A stretch of 64,000 bases of DNA from Octopus vulgaris. Its lineage: Eukaryota. Every line of letters begins with the position of its first letter. Position 1 is the first letter of the stretch. Positions 53,940 through 64,000 of this stretch are shown here, piece after piece. The stretch is taken from contig OX597817.1 of NCBI GenBank assembly GCA_951406725.2, positions 46,190,001 through 46,254,000 of the forward strand, given 5' to 3'. The notes under the pieces were generated by a model. It saw only the letters and a list, made by a program, of their open reading frames with translations, did no database searches and had not been told where the DNA came from. The translations under genes and the position numbers were made by a program.

Positions 53940-54357
53940 ACCTATTTCTTTACTGCCCACAAAGGGCTACACGCAGAGGGGGAAAACGAGGACAGACAAA
54001 CGGATTAAGTCGATTACATCGACCCAGTGCGTAACTGGTACTTATTTAAACGACCCCGAATTGATGAAAGGCAAAGTGGACCTCGGCGGAATTTGAACTC
54101 AGAACGTAGCGGCAGACGAAATACCTATTTTTTTATTACCCACAAGGGGCTAAGCACAGAGGAAACAAACAAGGACAGACAGACGGATTAAGTCGATTAT
54201 ATTGACCCCGGTGCGTAAATGGTACTTAATTTATCGACCCCGAAATGATGAAAGACAAAGTCAACCTCGGCGGAATTTGAACTCAGAACGTAGCGGCAGA
54301 CGAAATACCGCTATGCATTTCGCCCGACGTGCTAACATTTCTGCCAGCTCGCCGCCT
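53940..54357 (-). mobile_element. SINE family B dimer with a 14-bp TSD
   Basis: tatgtgat(t/c)agaat at 53926-53939 and 54358-54371. Confidence 0.92.
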
Positions 54358-55384
54358 TATGTGATCAGAATCCCGTATGAAAGGATCGCAAGACGAAACC
54401 GTCAAGCCTGCCGCAACGACAGACAAGAGACTTAAGGTTAAACCTGGAGCGATATGGTTGCATAATATCCATGGTTGCTGCTGGTGATGCGTGGGAATGC
54501 AGTAGGAAATTGTAATAGCGGCTGATTCTCAAAGAACCAGATGGAGGAAGATAGGGATACAGAAAAAAAGGACGGAAATGTTCTATGTAGATAATTCAGT
54601 ATTATTGATGCAATGATAAAACATCTTTTAGCTCGAGGAATTTATGCTATTTAACATAGCGTCTAATTCAGCAAAATCAACAGGTTCTTGGATATTTTTA
54701 GTAAATTCCGAATATTGCAAGCATTCAAGGGCCACAACCTCAGCTTGTTGGATTAAGCAATCTATTGACGCGTAAATTGCAACAATATTTTCTTTTGATA
54801 AGGACTCTGCTTTGCAAAAGATATCATTGGAAAATTATTGCCGGTGGAGGCCAGCTAATAGATAGTGCAGAACAATGAAACTAAGAATAATATGACAATG
54901 GGCCCTCGATGCGTAGCATGTAATCGCATATGCTCACCAATTCGTAACTAACGATCCTTCCAAATCAGTGTTATATCTCCCGAAACTCATCTGTTCTCTC
55001 AAATCTCTTGGTTAGATAGCTGAACAGTAATTGAATCCATTACGCAGATAAAAGACGAAGCATTAACCACGCAAATCATGAAAAGAGCTAATCGAAAGAT
55101 AAGATTCGATCAGTTTTGAAAATCTAGTTGCTCGTTCTCCTAACCACAAAAAATATCCAACCCATATCTTATATATATATTCATATATCGCACAAATCCG
55201 TACAACAATGTTTACTCTTCTCGTAAGCACAAATATTTCAGAGTATATCTTTACCATAATACATCTTTGCTATCAGATTAAAAAGCATAATATAACTTCA
55301 TCATTTGCTCGCCAATGCTCTACACAGCCTAACATTAAAATTTATCATCTATAGACTAGAAGTAACTGCTACTGTTTATGCAGT

Positions 55385-55760
55385 TGCTGTTGCTGTCGAG
55401 CGAACGGTCTTCGTCCCAGAGCTCGCAGTGGGAGAAGTCCGAATCGTCGTCCTTTGCTATTCGTAAGACCCGCAGAAGAAAAAGCAGGTCGACCCCCGAC
55501 ACAGAGAGCATCGACGGATGGATGAATGCGGATCCAGGCTCAGCGGTTGCGTAGGAAGTCGGGGACAAGAAACTGTAAGAAAGAGTGAGAGAAAGTTGGA
55601 GCGAAGGAGTACAACAGGGGTCGCCACCCCTCCTGCCGGAGCATCGTGGAGCTTTAGGTGTTTTCGTTCAATAAACACACACAACGCCCGGTCTTGGAAT
55701 CGAAACCGCGATCCTCCGACCGCGAGTCCGCTGCGCTAACCACTGGGCCATTGCGCCTCC
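55385..55760 (-). mobile_element. SINE family C, full length, 14-bp TSD
   Basis: actgtttatgcagt at 55371 and 55761; tRNA-like head ggaggcgcaatggcccagtggttagcgcagcggactcgcggtc...ggtttcgattcc. Confidence 0.92.
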
Positions 55761-56520
55761 ACTGTTTATGCAGTCTGTACACGACTCAAAGTTCTTAAAC
55801 AACAGCTATTATATATCGAAGTGGGGTTTTTATTCAGAACTGCATATACTACAAGTAAGAGTAATGTATTTTACTATGAATTTAGTCATTCAAGTCACTT
55901 AGTAATATCAATTCTATGCCTGTGTACAGACGTCAAAAGCCTAAGTAGTAGGATGCTAGGCACTATAAATTATGGTATGTATTTGCAACTTGCTAGGTTT
56001 TCAGTTCAAATCTAGAAAGGTAACTTTTTCGCTTCCAAATGTTCTTGACTGTTAAAAAGAGAACATTCACATACTGAGATCGATATAATCAATTGCTCTT
56101 TTTCTCTACAAACAAAAAATATGGTCATGTTCTTAAAGAAATCAATATCGAATGTGTTGGATTGGCAGAATCGATAGTGTACCAGACAAAATTTCTTTCC
56201 GGTATTTGGTTTTGTCTATTTACGTTCTATGGTCATATCCTATCGGACATTAAATTGCCTTTCATCCTTCTGGGGTCATATCTGAAATATCTCTAACATA
56301 CCAGAGTTGATTCCCTTTTCAACAAAATGGCAATCCGGTATCAAAGTAATACATGACCATTAACGAAAGTCTGTATATAATTTGCTAACAATAATAGTTA
56401 TTTAGTGAAGCATACAGTTATCTAAATTTTCCATTTACTTCTTAATTTTTAAACAATTGCCTTCGTCGTTTCTGTTAGAAACGAATAAGAGTAAATATTT
56501 CAAATAAAATCTTTCTTTAT

Positions 56521-56705
56521 AGGCGCAGGGGTGGCTGTGTTATAGGCGCAGAAGTAGCTGTGTGGTAAGTAGCTTGCTTACCAACCACATGGTTCCGGGT
56601 TCAGTCCCTCTGCATGGCACCTTGGGCAAGTGTCTTCTATTATAGCCTTGGACTGACCAAAGCCTTGTGAGTGGATTTGGTAGACGGAAACTGAAAGAAG
56701 CCCGT

Positions 56706-56751
<46 letters not shown>

Positions 56752-56994
56752 TACATGTATATGTGTGTGTGCGTGTGTGTATTTGTGTGTCTATGTTTGT
56801 CCCCCCAACATCGCTTGACAATCGATGCTGGTGTGTTTGCGTCCCCGTAACTTAGCGGTTCGGCAAAAGAGACCGATAGAATAAGTACTAAGCTTACAAA
56901 GAATAATTCCTGGGGTCGATTTGCTCGACTAAAGGCGGTGCTCCAGCTTAGCCGCACTCAAATTATTGAAACAAAAGAGTAAAAGAGTAAAGAG
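56521..56994 (+). mobile_element. SINE family A with duplicated first ~22 bp
   Basis: aggcgcaggggtggctgtgt immediately precedes the full head aggcgcagaagtagctgtgtgg. Confidence 0.9.
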
Positions 56995-58364
56995 TTATCG
57001 TTAGTCTTTATTTCGTTACTAGAACGAAATCAGCATCAGAAGACCGGTCTTTATATATACTACTTACAAATTTTGGCAAAAGGCAGTAATTTCGGTAGAT
57101 GGGGTAAGTATATCTTATGATAATAATGGCTAACTTGAAATACTCGCCTCTAGCTAGAAAAGGTGTTTACAAATATGACAGGTATTATTTTCCTAAACAG
57201 GTTCTGGAAGTATAGTTTAATAATTACGTCTCCAGTCTCACATTCTTAAAACTCAAAATACATGGATGGTTATACACCATATAATTGTGAATTAAAGTGT
57301 ATTACTTATCAAAGTTTTGCTCCGGTGGTCAATAGAAACCCATTGAGGAAGATACAAAATAATATCAACATATATCTTAGCTGTATCCAGAAACCTTTAC
57401 GCCGTTTCCGTCGTACACGTAGATGCGATTCTTGAAACATATATCGTACAAAATTTATCACATTTTCATACAATTCAGTCCATTTGTGCGGCACTGCATT
57501 TCCAGACTTTTTGCAAAGACACACAAGTACGGTTGTCAGGGAAATATAGAATTAAAGCAATAAAAAAATCTGACAGCGATGGATTACAATTATACTTGCA
57601 AAAACACGGTTGTTCTAGACACACACATACACACACAAACACACACACACACGTGCGCACATATACACACATAGAGATATGATATAAAACAGAACTAAAC
57701 AAACACACACAGACATATACATTACACGACACACAAAGGCCCATTTATAATAAAAATAAACTACTTTTCCATACTCCTCATAGACACATGCACATATACG
57801 CACACACATACACCTACAAACTCACAGACAAAGAGATGTCTTCCTGTCGCACACCTGCCCCCAAATTACCATGCAAGATGTTCTTCATTTTCGGTCAGAC
57901 ATTGTCCAAATGTGCAAACAAACACCATGCAGCTTCGTTTACTAGTTTTAAAAAAATTTCATTTATTTGTATTCTTCTCTTGCTTTTATTGTTTCTCCTC
58001 GTCATCCCTCTTCTTTTCCACTTTCTGAAGAAACGCAATTTCCGAAACGTTATAATCATTGAAATTTACTCTTCTCTCGGATATTAAATAATAACATTGA
58101 TTGTTTAATTATTTCGTCTTTGTGCTGCTTGTACTCTACTTTTGTTCTTCGTCACACACGCAACCACAAACTCATATATATAGAGAGATGCATACATATA
58201 ATACATGAATGCATACATAAAATATAATGTATATATACGTATATGCATTCGTATCAGTATGTGTGTATGTCTATATGCAAATATGGACTCATGCATATAA
58301 GTACATGTGTGTGCCAGTAGCTGTCATGATGTGCGTATTTGTGAATTACTTATATCGATGTATC

Positions 58365-58648
58365 ACCGAGATCATCGTGACCGACCAGGATACCAGATGC
58401 TGCTATACATCGCTGGTCACAATGCGCTTCACATTGTTTTAGCCTTCAAATTACGCCACCCCACTGACTAAGCGAGCAGGCCAACAGAAGAAAGAGTGAG
58501 AGAAAGTTGCGGCGAAAGAGTACAGCAGGGATTGCCACCACTACCCCCTGCCGGAGCCTCGTGGAGCTTTAGGTGTATTCGCTCAAAAAACATTCGCAAC
58601 GGTCGGTCTGGCGATCGAAACCGCGAGTCCGCTGCCCTAACCACTGGT
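58365..58648 (-). mobile_element. SINE family C with a third type of 3' part
   Basis: Head/body match family C; the 3' part at 58365-58490 is unlike other copies. Confidence 0.75.
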
Positions 58649-59147
58649 TAATATAAAATTCAAAATGAAGGAAAGTTTAAAATACAAAAAGCGCTTCGGC
58701 ATTTATATCGCAAAGCGGTAAAATTCAGAGATCTGACTAAAGATTTTATGGAAACAAAAACACAAAACAGACGACAGGTCGGTAACTTATGATAATTCTA
58801 ACTTTTATTTAAATTTAGAATTGTCATAATATCGCGTCCTGTCATGTGGTTATTCTATGAAATTACACTGAGAGTAAAAGAAGAATAAAAGAGATCAGAA
58901 GCAGCATTACTTTAATATATTTGTCTAAAGGAAACTGGAGGAGGAGCGCAAAAATAGGAAATATATCGATAGAATTAAATAAAATACAAATAAAATATTC
59001 TAGAAAACGTCAACGAACCTTTAGAGCGGAAAATAAGAAAAATTCAAAGAGGAAAAATATTTAGATATTCATTTTCGTCTTCTTCTCCAATCAATACACT
59101 ATTTCCTCACAAACACTCACCCCCTCCTTTCTCTCTCTCTCTCTTTT

Positions 59148-59214
<67 letters not shown>

Positions 59215-59261
59215 CTAAATATACATATTTATATATATATATATAAATATATATATATTTA

Positions 59262-59300
<39 letters not shown>

Positions 59301-60787
59301 GTATACATTTATATCCATATATATATTCACATGTACATGTATATGTATATCTGTACACACACACGCATACACACACACACACACACACACACACGCATAT
59401 ATGTATATGCGTGTCTGTGCAAATTTGTAGATTCTATATTTATCTTTCACTGTCTATGCTTCTCTACGTTTATCTTCTCTTCCTTTATATATTTATTTAT
59501 TCTTCTCACTCTTACATTCACACTCTCATCATACTTACTCCGTCTCTTTCTCTTTCTCTTCTCACTCCCTAATCCACACACACATGCTTCTTCTCTCTCT
59601 TCTTCTTCCTCTCTTTGTTTGTCCTGTTTAGTAGTAAGAATTTCTACGTGAGATTTCATTGATCTTTCATATCAATTCAATGAACGGCCTTCCTGTGGTT
59701 TTTTTTTTTTCTGAATTTTACTTTCATTGACAATTGATATTGTCGCGCCACAACCATGTCGCTTTAGTTTCGATTTTGCTGCACTTCTGGAAACTACTTC
59801 ACTAAATTCCTTCAGGGAAATTTCCTGCAAAAATATGTGGGTGTGTCTATTCATTTGCAAACGTGCGCGCTCACTCGCACGTCTGCTGTCCATGAGTTTG
59901 CATATAACAGAAAAGATAAAAATTTTTCGTTTCTTTTTCCCAGGTATTCCCAGAGAAATGAGACCACCACCTTACCAAACCCATTTATTGGAATATTTAC
60001 CTCTCTCGATTCACTTCATATTTCAATTTCCCGATCGGATGCGCATCTCGCTTTTACTGAACAGTGCATAACAAGGCATAGTGAAATTGCAAGCTCAGCA
60101 TATCTGAAATTTTGTTTAAAAAATGTTAGTTTGGATCAATAAAGGTAAACAGTGAAGCATTTCCCAAGTGATGTCATATGTAGTTAAACCATTATGCGTA
60201 CCATTTCCCTCCTAGCACGATTTGAACTCTGCCGTTCATTAGCAAGCATATGTGCTTTTGTTTGTTTGTTTGTTAATTTGTTTTTCAGTTTGTTCCATTA
60301 ACTCACGTGAGTCTATATAGGTTTTCTTCGTATTTTTTCGTAGTTTCTCTCTATTTTTTTTTTTTCGTGTAAAGATAGTGAGTGTTATATGAAGTATCTT
60401 AGTTTGTCATAGCTTGGCGTTAAATTGGGGCAATTAAAAGTGCATTCTAGCTCCATACTTTCATCTATATTAATAGCTTCAACTTAGATGGACACTCAAA
60501 GTATTATTTATCGGAATTAGACACATATAGAATATTCTGTTTACAGAGAGTAGAATAATTAGTGATGATGTGCCAAGATCGAATATGATATGGATAAAAA
60601 AATATATCATTTAAGTAATTCACTGCGTTCGTTATATATGGAGCTGTGCCATTTGTAGAAACACCATCGCTTGAACACGATTCTTCGTCAATACCATATT
60701 GAAAACCACATGCCGATATGAATAGACGTATGTTTGATAAAACTAATTTGTTTCTAAGTGATTTTTATATGGCAGTGTTTCAATATT

Positions 60788-61175
60788 AGGGCGGCATTCT
60801 GGTAAAGTCGTTAGAATGTCGGACAAAACAGTTAGCGACATTGCTTCCAGCTGTTTACTTCCCGACTTGGTCAACCTATGCCTTTCATCATTTCGGAGTC
60901 GATAAAATACATTTCGCCCGGCGTGCTAACGTTTCTTATTTCTTTACTACCCACAAGGGACTAAACACAGAGAGGACAAACAAGGACAGACACACGGATT
61001 AAGTCGATTATATCAACCCCAGTGCGTAACTGGTACTTATTTAATCGACCCCGAATGGATGAATGCTTTAGGTGATTTCGCTCAATAAACACTCACAATG
61101 CTCGGTCTGGGAATCGAAACCGCGATCTTACGACCGCGAGTCCCCTGCCCTAACCACTGGGCCATTGCGCCTCCA
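60788..61175. mobile_element. Composite of family B (both strands) and family C head fragments
   Basis: Old plus-strand B at 60788-60908, minus-strand B at 60909-61063, minus-strand C head at 61064-61175. Confidence 0.7.
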
Positions 61176-61254
61176 CACACAGACACAAACATACATACAC
61201 ACACACACACATATATATATATGTATTTATATGCATATATATATATTTATATAC

Positions 61255-61325
<71 letters not shown>

Positions 61326-61339
61326 TGAGGACTTTTGAC

Positions 61340-61490
61340 ACAGTTTCTGTCTATCAGGTTGACTCACAAAGATATAGATCTATCTGGGGTTATAGTAGGC
61401 AACGCTGCCCAGGGTGCTGAGCAGTGGGACTGAACAGGAAACCTCGTGGTTACAGAACAAACTTCTTAACCACACAGCCATGCGTGCACC
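61340..61490 (-). mobile_element. Degenerate SINE family A 5' half
   Basis: Homology to the family A head. Confidence 0.65.
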
Positions 61491-62263
61491 TGTCTATATT
61501 TAAGGTGTAACGCTTTCGTGTGCACGATACAGGAATCTGGAGCAACTTTTCCGGTGGCATTTAGCATCATAGTTAATATCCAGTAAACGTTCCAGTAATA
61601 TTTTAAAATAGCGAGAGAAAAAATAAAGGTCTTACTTAATAAAATAGAATCTAAACGGCGAATCATAGAACTTGTGTATAAAATTGTATTCCGAAAAGAG
61701 AAGCCTCTATTACAACACAATGGATTGAGAAACTTGATACAAATACGCATGAATTTATTTATTTATTAAGTAAAAGAACACCTATCGAATGCTCATTCCA
61801 TTAGCGATATTATAAATTCTAAGCAATGGAACTGCGTTTACAAATTCATCATTTCCATTCCTCTATTGGAAGCAATATCTTATGCTAACGGTTTCCTTCA
61901 TTTCGAAATCAATTTCCCTGCTTTCATTATAATTATTATTATTAACATTATTATCATTATTATTATTTTTATCATTATTTTTTGTCTTTTTCTTTTTTTT
62001 TTTTTTGTAAACATACTGCAATAAATCAAACCTATACGATGCTTATATAGTCACCTATTCACGTTCGACTCAATTCCAGTTTAATCACAGATATTGCACT
62101 GCTATGAATGTATAATCACTTCCGAAGCTGTCGCCACTATCTTGTATTTCTATGTATATTCATGCATTTTGATATCTCTCTTTCTCTCTCTCTATATATA
62201 TATATATATGTATCTTTTCTTCTCTCACTTCTCACTCTCTTTCTCACCTTCCTCCCTCACTCA

Positions 62264-62329
<66 letters not shown>

Positions 62330-62576
62330 GTTTGTATGTATGTACATCCAGTGCATACCTATCTATATGCATATCACCTTTCATTTTCGCTTCCTTTGTA
62401 TTCCTCTTCGTATATATATATATATATATATATAAACATGTATATATATACATGTATATATGTATGTATATATATGTATATATACACACAAATTTATATT
62501 TATGTATCTATGTATGAATAAATGTATGAATGTATGTATGCATGTATACATATATATTATTTTTAACAAATATAGT

Positions 62577-62632
62577 ATTTACCACAAATTCGAAGTTTCA
62601 GGCTTGTAAACCATCATCGGACTGTAGTAAAT
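62577..62632 (-). ncRNA. Hammerhead-like motif, CCGAUGA core variant
   Basis: Minus: atttactaca-gt-CCGATGA-tggttt ac aagcct-GAAA-cttcgaatt-tgtggtaaat. Outer stem is 10 bp. Confidence 0.5.
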
Positions 62633-63105
62633 TTGACTTGATCTTGGCATTATATATCCTCTATTGATTAAAACGTTTCTGTAGTATGAAGAGCTATTTT
62701 CAATGATAATTACATTGGAGGTAAGATTACAGCGGAGTGGTGGTATAGAAAATTTTTATTGAATAAATTTGGGGTTGAGGTATTGTTCAGAATTTATTCA
62801 TGCATTTCGCTCTTTGTAATCAAATGTTTATTTAAGTGCGTCAGCCTCAGGTTAATGCAGTCGTTTTAGGATTGTTTAGTTTGTGTATTATCTGAATACT
62901 AAGGGAATTTAACTTTTTGTTTGTGAGCCCTTAAAACATGCATGACGCAAAATCTAACACATCTATTTACCAAGGATTAATTGGTAGGCTGAAGTCTGAA
63001 CTTTAATCTTCACATAACTAGAAAAGATTAAGTACCCCATTAGTATCTATATAGTACCTTCAAGAACTCAAACTAGTGGAGTATCTACTGACTAACTGAC
63101 CCTTT

Positions 63106-63141
<36 letters not shown>

Positions 63142-63183
63142 ACACACACACACATACACACATATATATATATATATATATAT

Positions 63184-63225
63184 ACTAGCATTAAAGACCC
63201 GTCGTTGCCGGGTCATAGTGCTAGT
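63184..63225. mobile_element. Helitron-type 3'-end hairpin with CTAG on both sides
   Basis: actagca-ttaaa-gacccg tcgttgc cgggtc-atag-tgctagt, adjacent to (TA)n. Confidence 0.55.
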
Positions 63226-64000
63226 GCATGTATATATGTGTATATATATGTGTACATATTACATGTACATCTATATATATATATATACATCTACACATAA
63301 AATACAAAATACAAAGTTATAACTTGATATCACTAGTGATAACAATACTCAAAATATATAACAGACTGGAATTGTTAGCCCGTCACTTGTAATTTCGATC
63401 AATTGCATCTTGTCCTCCCTCTTGTATAGAATTGTGACTACAATCCACCCTACCTCTACTTCTGAGGGGGGGGGGGGGCATTAAACATTTTTTCCGGAAC
63501 GTTCTACGTCCCAGATATAAATGTAAAAATAAAATAATTCCACTTCGCAAACTCGAGTCGAGTACTCCCTTGCACGCCCCGTTGACTCGAACCTTGCTTC
63601 TATTGTGGCGAATTTACCGCCTCAATAGATACCTTTCATAGTCGCACCAAGACACTTTTTGAAGGTGCTTTCATCCATATGTTCAAATCTTTTTTCTCTA
63701 CATTGTATACTTTAGAGACAATAGTCTTTTCTTTAATTTAATTTATTATTATTCCTCTGGACTATTCCATTTCTGCACGCTATTTTTAATTTATTCCCAT
63801 TCATGTGAAACCACTTATTCAAGTTCAAATCATTGATGCAATTTATACCAATTGCTATTTTTACTTTTGTCATGTTACTTTAGTTTGATTTTAATTATTA
63901 CTTACTACATATAATTCAATTGTTATTATTATTTTTATTGTTAAAGTGAAAGTATCTGACATAAAATAGAGAAACGTTTTCGTTTCACTTTTAACACGTA

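Noticed and set aside
55690-55760. SINE heads as functional tRNA genes
   Set aside because: A/B-box-like motifs are present but continue into SINE bodies with TSDs; I could not build a complete cloverleaf.

Overview
AT-rich, microsatellite-saturated eukaryotic DNA. The SINE families and repeat content suggest an octopus/coleoid cephalopod (recognition by eye, not a database result). I found no convincing host gene, and most listed ORFs are translations of (TA)n, (CA)n and (TAA)n tracts. The window holds dozens of tRNA-headed SINE copies in about four families, two CR1-group LINE fragments, Helitron-like ends and a 100-N gap. It also holds one frameshifted Penelope-like element (PLE; RT plus GIY-YIG, Neptune-like) at 37509-40770 and a decayed second-clade PLE endonuclease near 45.7-46.0 kb. 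The most notable signal is a set of non-coding hammerhead-ribozyme (HHR)-bearing elements in (TA)n tracts: about 11 HHR motifs, several with unusually long stem II or variant cores. Four elements share a fold-back layout with a 3'-truncated inverted copy at the 5' side. One of them is a 546-nt-period tandem (retrozyme-like) and one is a ~2.4-kb near-perfect palindrome. All structures were read by eye and ribozyme activity is untested.
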